A stretch of 64,000 bases of DNA from Candidatus Eiseniibacteriota bacterium (GTDB taxonomy: Bacteria; Eisenbacteria; RBG-16-71-46), in the NCBI GenBank assembly GCA_963725865.1, contig CAVSAC010000012.1:1120001-1184000 (forward strand), in the 5' to 3' direction. The notes beneath the pieces were generated by a model. The model had not been told where the DNA came from and ran no database searches. It worked only from the letters and a program-made list of their open reading frames with translations. A program made the position numbers and the translations under genes. This document shows, piece by piece, positions 1 through 9,063 of this stretch. Within the stretch, counting starts at the first letter, position 1, and the number at the start of each line of letters is the position of its first letter.

Positions 1-2718
1 GGCGCGGCGGCGCTGCAGACGGTGCGCGGAAGCTGGGTGCGCGCCTGGCGCGACTCGTGGCTCCAGTACCGCAGCCTGCCTTCGGGCCTGCTGTGGGGCG
101 ACTACACCTACGGATTGCTCGGCATGCCGGCGCCGGGCTCCCGTGGGGATCCGCGGCTGGGCGTCGAGGTCGGTGCCGCGCGGGAGCTCAACACGAAGCC
201 CGCGACCACCAGGCAGTCGATCTCCGCCGAGCGGCTGAGCGGCATCCCGGTCGACAACGTGCGCGAGGAGCTCTCCGTGATGGCCGGGATCGCGAGCGAG
301 GGCGACGAGCTGCACTTCCGGGGCGGGCGCGGCGGCGAGCTGAAGCGCCAGTTCGACGGCGTGGCGGTCTCCGATGCCAGCGCCACGCCCGAGCCGGCGC
401 TCGACCAGGTGGTCGCGCGGCGGAACCTGGCCGAGACCGCGTTCTTCTTCCCGCACCTGCTGACCGACTCGCGACGGCGAGGTGCGCATGGAGTTCACGA
501 TGCCCGAGGGGCTCACGGAGTGGCGCTTCCTCGGCTTCGCGCACGACGATCGCCTGCGCAGCGGCACGCTGGAGGCGCGGGCCGTCACCGCCAAGGACCT
601 GATGGTGCAGCCGAATCCGCCGCGCTTCCTGCGCGAGGGGGACGAGCTGGAGTTCACGGTCAAGGTGACGAACCGCTCCGAGGCGCCGCAGCGCGGCCGC
701 ATCCGGCTGACATTCGCCGCGCGCCGGCGACGGCGCGCCCGCCGACGCGGCGCTCGGCAACGCGCGAGCCCGAGGTCGCCCTCGAGGTGCCCGCGCGCGC
801 GTCGCACACGTACGCGTGGCGCATCCGGGTGCCGGATGGGCTCGGCGTGCTCACGTACAAGGCGGTGGCTTCCACCGGCACGCTCTCGGACGGCGAGGAG
901 GGCTACGTGCCCGTGCTCTCGCGCCGCATCCTGGTGATCGAGTCGCTGCCGCTGCCGATCCGCGGGCCGCTCACGCGCACCTTCGACTTCGAGCGGCTGC
1001 GTCGCTCCGGCGAGTCGAGCACGCTGGTGAGCCAGTCGCTCACGGTGCAGATGGTGTCGAACCCGGCGTGGTACGCGGTGATGGCGCTGCCGTACCTGAT
1101 CGAGTACCCGTACGAGTGCAGCGAGCAGACGTTCAACCGTCTCTACGCGAACGCGCTCGCACGGCACATCGCGAACTCCGATCCGCGGATCCGCCGGGTG
1201 TTCGATCAGTGGCGCGACACGCCCGCGCTCGAATCGCCGCTCGAGCGCAACGCCGATCTCAAGGCGGTCACTCTCGCGGAGACGCCGTGGCTGGTGCAGG
1301 CGCAGTCCGAGAGCCGCGCGCGGCGCAACGTCGGAATCCTGTTCGAGCGGGGCCGCCTCGACCGTGAGACCGCGCGGGTGATCGAGCAGCTGCGCCGCAT
1401 GCAGACCGAGGACGGGCGCTGGCCGTGGTTCCCGGGCGGTCCGCCCAACGACTACATCACGCTCTACATCACGACCGGCTTCGGCCGCCTGCGCCACCTG
1501 GGCGTCGACGTGCCGGTGGATCCCGCGCTGCGGGCGCTCACCAGCCTCGACGCGTGGAGCGATCGCATGTATCGGGAGATCCTGCACTGGGGGCGCAAGG
1601 ACGACGACCACCTCTCGCCGGTGATCGCGCTCTACCTCTATGGACGCAGCTTCTACCTGAAGGATCAGCCGATCGCCCCGGCGCACCGGGAAGCGGTCGA
1701 CTACTGGCTCGCACAGGCCCGCCGCTACTGGCTGCGTCATCCGGAGCGGCAGACGCGCGGCCATCTGGCGATCGCGCTCCTACGCTTCGGGGACGCCACG
1801 ACCGCGCACGACATCATGCGCTCGGTGAAGGAGTACGCGGTGACCGACGAGGAGTTGGGCATGTTCTGGCGCGACACCGAGTACTCGTGGTGGTGGTATC
1901 GCGCTCCGATCGAGACGCAGGCCATGATGATCGAGGCATTCGACGAGGTGATGGGGGACTCGAGCGCCGTGGAGGGGTGCAAGGTCTGGTTGCTGAAGCA
2001 GAAGCAGACCCAGGACTGGAAGACCACGAAGGCCACGGCCGACGCCGTCTACGCCCTGCTGCTGCGCGGCACCGGCGTGCTGGCCTCGGAGGCGCTCGTG
2101 CAGGTCTCGCTCGGGGACACGCTGATCCGCCCGCGGAATGCCGAGGCCGGCACCGGCTACTTCGAGCGGCGCTTCGTCGGCCGCGAGATCGAGCCCACCA
2201 TGGCCCGCGTGCAGGTGACCAAGACCGACCCGGGTGTCGCGTGGGGGAGCGTGCACTGGCAGTACCTCGAGGATATGGACAAGGTCACGCCCTACGCGGG
2301 CACGCCGCTGCGCCTCACCAAGTCGCTGTTTGTGCGCACGAGCGGCAAGGCGGGCCCCGAGCTGCACGCGGTGACCGGTCCGGTGAAGGTCGGCGACGAG
2401 CTGGTGGTGCGCATCGAGCTGCGCACCGATCGCGACATGGAGTACGTGCACCTGAAGGACCAGCGCGGCAGCGGGGTGGAGCCGGTGAACGTGCTCTCGC
2501 GCTACCAGTACCAGGATGGGCTGCGCTACTACGAGCAGACGCGTGACGTCGCCAGCCATTTCTTCATCGACTACCTGCCGAAGGGCACCTACGTGTTCGA
2601 GTACCCGGTGCGCGTGCAACTGCGCGGGCGCTACACCAGCGGTATGGCCGAGATCCAGTGCATGTACGCGCCCGAGTTCAACAGCCACTCGGCGAGCGTG
2701 CCGCTGACCGTCCAGTAG
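1..2718 (+). CDS. Alpha-2-macroglobulin family protein, 5'-truncated by the window edge, with three apparent +1 frameshifts (~470, ~721, ~765)
   Basis: Thioester motif YPYECSEQ; A2M hallmarks RRNLAETAFFFPHL, GRWPWFPGG, W..TKATADAV and EIQCMYAPEF. The A2M-like path runs frame 1 -> frame 2 (EFTMPEGLTEWRFLGFAH...LMVQPNPPRFLREGD) -> frame 3 (AGDGAPADAALGNA) -> frame 1. Confidence 0.9.
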   Translation, partial: GAAALQTVRGSWVRAWRDSWLQYRSLPSGLLWGDYTYGLLGMPAPGSRGDPRLGVEVGAARELNTKPATTRQSISAERLSGIPVDNVREELSVMAGIASEGDELHFRGGRGGELKRQFDGVAVSDASATPEPALDQVVARRNLAETAFFFPHLLTDSRRRGAHGVHDARGAHGVALPRLRARRSPAQRHAGGAGRHRQGPDGAAESAALPARGGRAGVHGQGDEPLRGAAARPHPADIRRAPATARPPTRRSATREPEVALEVPARASHTYAWRIRVPDGLGVLTYKAVASTGTLSDGEEGYVPVLSRRILVIESLPLPIRGPLTRTFDFERLRRSGESSTLVSQSLTVQMVSNPAWYAVMALPYLIEYPYECSEQTFNRLYANALARHIANSDPRIRRVFDQWRDTPALESPLERNADLKAVTLAETPWLVQAQSESRARRNVGILFERGRLDRETARVIEQLRRMQTEDGRWPWFPGGPPNDYITLYITTGFGRLRHLGVDVPVDPALRALTSLDAWSDRMYREILHWGRKDDDHLSPVIALYLYGRSFYLKDQPIAPAHREAVDYWLAQARRYWLRHPERQTRGHLAIALLRFGDATTAHDIMRSVKEYAVTDEELGMFWRDTEYSWWWYRAPIETQAMMIEAFDEVMGDSSAVEGCKVWLLKQKQTQDWKTTKATADAVYALLLRGTGVLASEALVQVSLGDTLIRPRNAEAGTGYFERRFVGREIEPTMARVQVTKTDPGVAWGSVHWQYLEDMDKVTPYAGTPLRLTKSLFVRTSGKAGPELHAVTGPVKVGDELVVRIELRTDRDMEYVHLKDQRGSGVEPVNVLSRYQYQDGLRYYEQTRDVASHFFIDYLPKGTYVFEYPVRVQLRGRYTSGMAEIQCMYAPEFNSHSASVPLTVQ

Positions 2719-2730
2719 CGCGCGAGGCGT

Positions 2731-2779
2731 CCGGAACGGAGCCGCGGCGGTCCCCGATGGGCTCGCCGCGGCGTTCCGG
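2731..2779. terminator. GC-rich hairpin between convergent genes
   Basis: Inverted repeat CCGGAACG..GCCGCGGCG / CGCCGCGGCGTTCCGG just after the A2M stop; no clear U-tract. Confidence 0.45.
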
Positions 2780-2862
2780 CACGAGTCCATCGTGACGGCA
2801 CGGCGGCCACGCCCGGGATCGGGCGTGGCCGCATGCCGGATGCGGATGGAGGTTCGGACGGA

Positions 2863-3906
2863 CTAGCGGTAGCGCACCTTGACCTGGCCCCAGCTCGGGC
2901 GCGCGCCCGGCGTCGGGCAGTCCATCCCGGAGACCGTCAGCGCGTACACCGAGCCGCACGGCACTCCGGAGAACGCACTGGTCGACACGAAGATCGCGTA
3001 GTCCCCGGCCGGCAGCGTCGCCGAGCAGGTCGTGCTCTCGCACGGATTCGCGACGTTGATCCCGCAGGAGAGACCGAGGAGATCGCAGCCCTGGGTCAGA
3101 TCCACGATCGCGAGCGCGGTCGTGGCCTGCCCGATCGCCGTCGCGGTGATCGTCGTGGTGCCCGTCAGCGAGAACGCGTACCAGTCGGTGTCGCGCGTCG
3201 GGCCGTTGAGGGGATCCACGTACGTCCCGTACGTGCCGCACACCGTGACCGACGGTGCGCACGGAAGGATGGTATAGGTCGGCGGGTCCGAGTTGCAGCC
3301 GGCGTTGAACACGTCGACATAGCCGTCGTAGCAGTTCGGCTCGCCCTCGGGGATCGACCCCGCCGGACAGGCGAACTGACACGGAGGCGGACACTCGTTG
3401 ATCGTCAGCTCGTAGTCGCCGCAGTCCCCGCCGTAGCCGTCCACCACGATGTAGTACGTCTGCCCGGCGGCCAGGCTCACGTTCGCGATCTCGGACTGGA
3501 GGCCGCAGTTGTCGTCATTGCAGGCGACCAGCGTCGGTCCCGGGCCGGCGAGCAGGTTGAGGATCGTGTCGAAGGTGGTCATCGGCGAGCACAGCGAGAT
3601 CGTCACGCACATGTCGGCGGCCGGCGTGAACGAGTACACGAGATCGGGGCCGGTGCCACCGCAGGCCTCAATGATGTCGGGGGAGTAGTTGCAACTGTTG
3701 CCGGTGACCGTGAAGGGGATTCCCGGGATCGGGATCGCGTCCGCGTAGGTCTCGCCCGCGATCATCGGGGTGATGTGTCGCGGCTTCACGGATCCGCTCT
3801 CGAGCTTGATGGGAGGCCGATTGCCGAGTTCCGACACAGGGGCGGCGAGCGCCTGATCGGCGCCCAGCGCGAGGAACATCACCAAGGGGAGTAGCGCGTG
3901 CCTCAT
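2863..3906 (-). CDS. Secreted Cys-rich protein with two PPC-like beta-sandwich modules and C-terminal PSWGQVKVRYR motif
   Basis: GGAGG RBS; signal peptide ending ...ADQALA; FDTILNL...ACNDDNCG and RDTDWYAF...LPAGDYAIFV resemble pre-peptidase C-terminal domains. Confidence 0.75.
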   Translation of the reverse strand: MRHALLPLVMFLALGADQALAAPVSELGNRPPIKLESGSVKPRHITPMIAGETYADAIPIPGIPFTVTGNSCNYSPDIIEACGGTGPDLVYSFTPAADMCVTISLCSPMTTFDTILNLLAGPGPTLVACNDDNCGLQSEIANVSLAAGQTYYIVVDGYGGDCGDYELTINECPPPCQFACPAGSIPEGEPNCYDGYVDVFNAGCNSDPPTYTILPCAPSVTVCGTYGTYVDPLNGPTRDTDWYAFSLTGTTTITATAIGQATTALAIVDLTQGCDLLGLSCGINVANPCESTTCSATLPAGDYAIFVSTSAFSGVPCGSVYALTVSGMDCPTPGARPSWGQVKVRYR

Positions 3907-4336
3907 GACAGACCTCCCGCATCATGGGGCTCTCGGCCGCGTGCGTGCCGACGAGTTGGCCATGTGCGTGTCCGGCGCGGTCCCGAAACCGGGGCGGACC
4001 CCCGCCCTGCGGGATCGACCGTGTGTGGGGAGAGAATCCCGTTCACGCTCGGCCAGCCACAGGCCAGAGCGGAGTCAGGCGGCCCAAAGCTGCTCGAACG
4101 CGGGTCCGTTCGACCTGCGCGGCCCGCAGGGGAGGGAACTCGCGCAGACTACTTCTGAACACCGAGCTTGGAAAGCTCGATTTTCGCTCTTATGAGGTGA
4201 GTTCGTTCGGGAGGTATCAACTTGGTGGGAGCCGCCGGGGATCGACCACTCCTCAGATACATGACGCTGAAGCGGCCGCGCACGGTCCGCACGGAAGGTC
4301 GCTTCGCCGCGGGAACCCGGGGGCGCGCTCGCCGGT

Positions 4337-4657
4337 TCAGTCACCGCCCAGAACCTGGAGTCGCGCCCGCAGGGTTTCTATCTCTTCGAGCAGTTCCAGC
4401 GCCAGCGCGGCCCCGGCGAGATTGACGCCGAGGTCGCGCTGCAGATGCGAGGCCACCCGGACCCGGCGCAGGTGGACGGAGGTGAACCGCCAACGCTGGG
4501 GCTCGTGCCCGACCGGCGCGAGCACGCCTTCCTCGACCAGTTCGACGATGAACTCGGTCTTCACGCCGCACACGCGGCAGACTTCTGTCAGCGTCAGCTC
4601 GGTCGGTTCCTCGGGGACGATCCCGGTCGCTTGCGACGAGTCGTTCTTGCGAGCCAT
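4337..4657 (-). CDS. cbpM: Chaperone modulator CbpM (MerR-like HTH)
   Basis: ELVEEGVLAP...LQRDLGVNLAGAALALELLEEI; directly downstream of cbpA. Confidence 0.9.
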   Translation of the reverse strand: MARKNDSSQATGIVPEEPTELTLTEVCRVCGVKTEFIVELVEEGVLAPVGHEPQRWRFTSVHLRRVRVASHLQRDLGVNLAGAALALELLEEIETLRARLQVLGGD

Positions 4658-4659
4658 GT

Positions 4660-5604
4660 CTACACTCCCAGCTTCGCGCGCGGGTGGAAGGAGCCGAACT
4701 TCCCGGCCATGTCGCGGTAGAAGGCCTTGGCCGCATCGTCGTCGGCGGGGGGCAGGGCGATCTGGAGCACGACGTAGAGATCGCCCGGCGTGCTGCCCGG
4801 GATGCCGCGGCCCTTCAGTCGCAGCGGGGTGCGCGCGGTCGAACCGGCCGGGATCTTGAGCTCGACCATGCCGCTCGGAGTCGGCACCTTCACCGCCGCA
4901 CCCAGCGCAGCCTCCCAGGGCGCGACCGGTAGATCGAGATACACGTCACGCTCCTCCACGCGATAGCGCGCATGTGGGCGGAACTCGACTTCCAGGTACA
5001 GGTCGCCCGCTTGGCCCTGACCCAGGCCCGGGCCGCCTTGTCCCGCCAGGCGGAGGATCTGCCCGGCATGGACGCCGCGCGGGAACGTGACGTTGAGCTT
5101 GCGCTCGCGCAGGGTCACTCGCCCCGCTCCATCCACGTCGGGCACCTGCAGGGTGATGGTGCGGCTGGCCCCGTTGTACGCGTCTTCCAGGTCGATGAGC
5201 ACCTTGGCGTGGCGGTCCTCGCCGTCGGCGTGCAACGCGACGCGGCCCCCACGCCCAGCGAAGCCGCGCCCGAACAGCGCTTCGAAGAAGTCGCTGAAGT
5301 CTGCCGTGTCGCCGGGGGTGAAGCCGCCGCCGGAGGTCTCGTATCCGGCGTTCCAGTCGGGTGGCGGATGGAAATCCTGCCCCGCTTTCCAATTCGCACC
5401 CAACCGGTCGTACGCCGCCCGCTTGACCGGGTCCTTGAGTACCTCGTAGGCCTCGCCCAGCTCCTTGAAGCGGTTCTCGGCCTGCGGATCCTTGCTGACG
5501 TCGGGGTGATGCTTGCGCGCGAGCTGGCGATAGGCGCGCTTGATGTCGTCCGCGGACGCGTCGCGCGGCACCCCGACGATGCTGTAGTAGTCCTTGAATT
5601 CCAT
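4660..5604 (-). CDS. cbpA: DnaJ-class chaperone CbpA (J domain plus DnaJ_C, no zinc finger)
   Basis: Likely start MEFKDYY at 5604; HPD motif; [24 protein letters not shown]. Confidence 0.93.
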   Translation of the reverse strand: MEFKDYYSIVGVPRDASADDIKRAYRQLARKHHPDVSKDPQAENRFKELGEAYEVLKDPVKRAAYDRLGANWKAGQDFHPPPDWNAGYETSGGGFTPGDTADFSDFFEALFGRGFAGRGGRVALHADGEDRHAKVLIDLEDAYNGASRTITLQVPDVDGAGRVTLRERKLNVTFPRGVHAGQILRLAGQGGPGLGQGQAGDLYLEVEFRPHARYRVEERDVYLDLPVAPWEAALGAAVKVPTPSGMVELKIPAGSTARTPLRLKGRGIPGSTPGDLYVVLQIALPPADDDAAKAFYRDMAGKFGSFHPRAKLGV

Positions 5605-5688
5605 CCCGCCCTCGGCGAAGCCGCGCCCGGCGTGGCGTGGTCGCGCGGCATTGTACCCCCGTCGCCGCGCGCCGCGCAGGAGCGACCG

Positions 5689-6015
5689 CTGCTGCGCTAC
5701 GTATTCCACGCGGGAGAGCGGCTGCTCCACACCGGGTGGTTCATCGAGTCCCTGGCCACGCAGGTGCTGATCATCTTCGTGATCCGGACGCGAGGCAATC
5801 CGTTCCGCCCGAGACCCGGCTCGATCCCGACGGCGACCTCGCTCGCGGTCGTCGCTGTCGCAGCGATGCTGCCCTGCACCCCGCTCGGAGCACGGCTCGG
5901 CTTCGTGCCGGCGCCGGGGCTGTTCTTCCTGATCTTGGCGGGCATGGTCGTCGCCTATCTCGTCATGGTCCAGGCGGTGAAGACTTGGTTCTACCGCCGC
6001 TTCGCGGTGGCCTGA
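5689..6015 (+). pseudogene. mgtA: C-terminal fragment of an MgtA-like Mg2+ P-type ATPase
   Basis: [26 protein letters not shown]...[15 protein letters not shown] matches the terminal TM helices; no start and no upstream domains. Confidence 0.8.
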
Positions 6016-6208
6016 ACGCCCGTGGTCTTTCCCCCCAGATCGGTTCAAAGCCAGGGTCCTGAGCGAGTGCTCATCGCAAATTCCAGCGGAATCGCGCGCC
6101 AGCCAAACGGCGCCATGGCGAGACCCCTCGGCGGCAGGTTATGGTGCGCGCTCGGCGGTGCGTCTCCGCCTGGCCGCGTCCAGAACCCATCCCCCTTGGA
6201 GGTCCGCG

Positions 6209-8620
6209 ATGTGGCACGCACGTCTTTCCCAACCCTTCGGCGCTGTCCGTTCCGGCTGGCTCGGCGCCCTGGGGCTCGCCTTGGCGCTCGTCGCCTGCGG
6301 CCGACCCGCGCTCGCAGATGATGCGGCGTCGGAGTTCAACGTCTTCGCCAACCTTTCGGGTCAGCGCTGGAGCTACGGCTGGACTCCGACGCGCGGCGGC
6401 ACCTTCACGCTGTTCGCCACCAAGGGAACGGACGCGTTCGGACTCAACTTCTGGAACTTCGCGACCAACCAGACGCTCGTGAGCTACAACGGGACCGGGC
6501 TGGCGAAGAACATCGGCAACAACACCACCATTCCGCCCGGCGGGCTGAACCTGTTTCCGGGCTCGGGCGGCCAGTACGCGGTGGTGCGGTGGACGGCGAC
6601 CGCGTCGGGCACGTGCACGATCAACGCCCGATTCATCCGGCGCTCGACGAACGCGTTCGCGGCGGCCGACGTCGCTGTGCTGCACGGCAGCGCGGTGGTG
6701 TTCAGCCGCTGGCTCACCAACGACGTCTCGAACGTGGTGAGCATGTCCACCACGCAGGCGGTGCTGGCGGGCGAGACCATCGACTTCGCGGTCGGCCCCG
6801 GCGACGGCGGCAACGGCTCTGACGTGATCGGCCTCGACGCCACCGTGTGGCTCGAGCCGGTGGTGAGCGCCGCCGGGCCGGTGATCCTGTTCGGCGGCCA
6901 GCGCTTCGTCGCGTGTCGCGGCGACAGCGCGTTCGAATCGATCGCCTACGATCCCATCAACCAGCGGATCGCCTCGCGCGACATCATCCGCACGCGTTGC
7001 GGCGCCCCGGTCTACCAGGGCACCGAGGAGCATCCGGGCCTGACGTGGGATTCGCGGACGGCCTCCTTCTGGCAGGTGACCAACAACCGCGTCGTCCGGC
7101 GCTGGAGTCCGACGGGGACGTTCCTCGGCGACGTGTTCACCGTGCCGCTCACGTTCACCGTTCCGGGCTGGGGGCTCGATACGCTCGAATCCGTCAAGGG
7201 CATCGCCGTCGATTCGAACTTCGTATACCTGGTGGACGCCGGCGACGCGGGCAACCAGGGGCAGATCCGCTCGAACGAGTGGTTCAAGTTCTCGCGCACC
7301 GGCACGCCGGTGAAGTCCTCCAAAACCACGAATTTCCACGCCAACCTGGACCTGAGCCCGGACGCGCTGGTGGACGACATCGTGTACTCGCCGTTCTCGT
7401 CCCCGATCTATCCGGGCAAGCTCCTGATCGCGCTCGAGCACAGCGGCCTCCAGGTGATCGACACCGAGGGGAACTTCGTCGCCAAGTTCCGCTGGACCGA
7501 CGCCGGCGTGCCGGCCGGGCTCAAGCTCCCGGCGTTCGCGGGGCTCGGACTCGATCCCGTGAGCGGGAATCTCTACCTGGTGAACAACGACGGCGCGTCG
7601 TCGCAGATCTGGACTCGGCTGCCGGCGGCGGGCGCGACCTACTACGCGGTCGGCTCGGGGAGCAACCAGCCCTACCTGCACTACCCGAATCCCGGCTGCG
7701 ATCGTCCGATGTGGGGCGCGCTGCCCGCCGCGGCGGGGCTGATGTTCGGCAGCGCCTATCGCAGCGCGAACTCGACCGTGTACGGAGCGGACTTCAACTC
7801 CGGCGAGTTGTTCCGGTACTTCCCGGCGAGCGCCGCCGGCGGCCGGGTCGCGCTGACCGGGGCCTATTCGGTCTGGGGCATGGCGTACGACAGCGAGCGC
7901 GACGTGCTCTACGGCGGACTCGAGTCGGGTGCCGACGTCCGCATCCTGACCATCGACCCCGTTACGGGCGCCGTCTCCCCACTGCCGAACCAGGTCGGCG
8001 TCTATACGCGCGACCTCGCGTTCGACCCGCTGGACCACAAGCTCTACGGCGTCGGGTTCGTCGCCGGCGGCAACAAGCTGATCCGCATCGATCGCGACAC
8101 TGGCGTGGGGACCGTCGTCGGGCCCACCGCGGATGTGGTGGGCATGGACTTCGACGCCGTGTCCGCACGGCTGATCGCGATCCAGTCCTCCGGCCCGTCC
8201 GGGACGCTCTGGAGCATCGACCCCGCCAGCGGCGCCAGCACCAGCCTCGCGACGCTGCCGGTCGGCACCGCCTGGGAGGGACTCGCGATCGTTCCGGTCG
8301 GTGCGGCACCGCCGCTCGCGGTGGAGCCGGGCATCTCGAGTCCGATCGTGCCTTCGTTGCGCGTCATCCCGAATCCCGCGCGTGGCAGCACGACGCTGAG
8401 CTTCAGCCTGCCCGCCGTCGCCGACCTGGAAGCCGCGGTCTACGACGTCGCGGGCCGCAAGGTGCGCTCGATCGGGTCCGGCCGCTACTCCGCCGGCACG
8501 CACACGATGAACTGGGACGGCCGCGACTCCGGCGGGAGGGTGCTGCCGAGCGGGGTGTACTTCGTGCGACTCGATCGCGGCGACCAGTCCCTGGTGACGC
8601 GAATGGTGCGCCTGGACTGA
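6209..8620 (+). CDS. Secreted multi-domain protein (beta-sandwich, two beta-propeller-like regions, FlgD/T9SS-like C-terminal domain)
   Basis: GGAGG at 6198-6202 before ATG 6209; signal peptide; C-terminus PNPARGSTTLSFSL...VYDVAGRKVR...WDGRDSGGRVLPSGVYFVRL. Confidence 0.8.
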   Translation: MWHARLSQPFGAVRSGWLGALGLALALVACGRPALADDAASEFNVFANLSGQRWSYGWTPTRGGTFTLFATKGTDAFGLNFWNFATNQTLVSYNGTGLAKNIGNNTTIPPGGLNLFPGSGGQYAVVRWTATASGTCTINARFIRRSTNAFAAADVAVLHGSAVVFSRWLTNDVSNVVSMSTTQAVLAGETIDFAVGPGDGGNGSDVIGLDATVWLEPVVSAAGPVILFGGQRFVACRGDSAFESIAYDPINQRIASRDIIRTRCGAPVYQGTEEHPGLTWDSRTASFWQVTNNRVVRRWSPTGTFLGDVFTVPLTFTVPGWGLDTLESVKGIAVDSNFVYLVDAGDAGNQGQIRSNEWFKFSRTGTPVKSSKTTNFHANLDLSPDALVDDIVYSPFSSPIYPGKLLIALEHSGLQVIDTEGNFVAKFRWTDAGVPAGLKLPAFAGLGLDPVSGNLYLVNNDGASSQIWTRLPAAGATYYAVGSGSNQPYLHYPNPGCDRPMWGALPAAAGLMFGSAYRSANSTVYGADFNSGELFRYFPASAAGGRVALTGAYSVWGMAYDSERDVLYGGLESGADVRILTIDPVTGAVSPLPNQVGVYTRDLAFDPLDHKLYGVGFVAGGNKLIRIDRDTGVGTVVGPTADVVGMDFDAVSARLIAIQSSGPSGTLWSIDPASGASTSLATLPVGTAWEGLAIVPVGAAPPLAVEPGISSPIVPSLRVIPNPARGSTTLSFSLPAVADLEAAVYDVAGRKVRSIGSGRYSAGTHTMNWDGRDSGGRVLPSGVYFVRLDRGDQSLVTRMVRLD

Positions 8621-8646
8621 CGACGGCCCTCGCAGGCTGATGGGGC

Positions 8647-8692
8647 AACGCGACATCGGGGTTGCGGGCTTCCGCGGTCCCGATGTCGCGTT
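8647..8692 (+). terminator. Long hairpin, probable terminator
   Basis: AACGCGACATCGGG / CCCGATGTCGCGTT 14-bp arms with inner GCGG/CCGC pairing, 26 nt after the stop. Confidence 0.6.
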
Positions 8693-8720
8693 TGGGCGAG
8701 TGGCGGTCACGTGATCGCGA

Positions 8721-8748
8721 TTGACGCGCAAACTGGGCGAGCTATCCT
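8721..8748 (+). promoter_or_regulatory. Sigma70-like promoter
   Basis: TTGACG-16 bp-TATCCT. Confidence 0.45.
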
Positions 8749-9063
8749 CCGCACGTGGGTCGTGAGTCCCGGGTGCGCGCTCGCACCGCCTCGGATGAAC
8801 TCCCCCCGGGCCTGCTGGATGTGCCGCATGCCCTCACTCCCTGGCAAGCCGCACCGGCCCTGAGGTCTGATTCACTGGCGGCAAGAGGAGGCGCCTCGTC
8901 CTCGATAGGGCGCCCGCTCTCGATTCCATCGTGGAATCCCGCGCTCGGTCGCCCCTCCGCATCGCATGCGCACTTCGCGCGCTCCGATCGCCCGGCCGCC
9001 GCCGCACGCTGCGCCCCCCGCACCGCGCTCTCGGCGATCCTCTTTCAGAGATGGAGGATCATC

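Noticed and set aside
4660..6048. 462-aa extended cbpA
   Set aside because: The extension is the antisense of the mgtA fragment; the J domain starts at MEFKDYY (5604).
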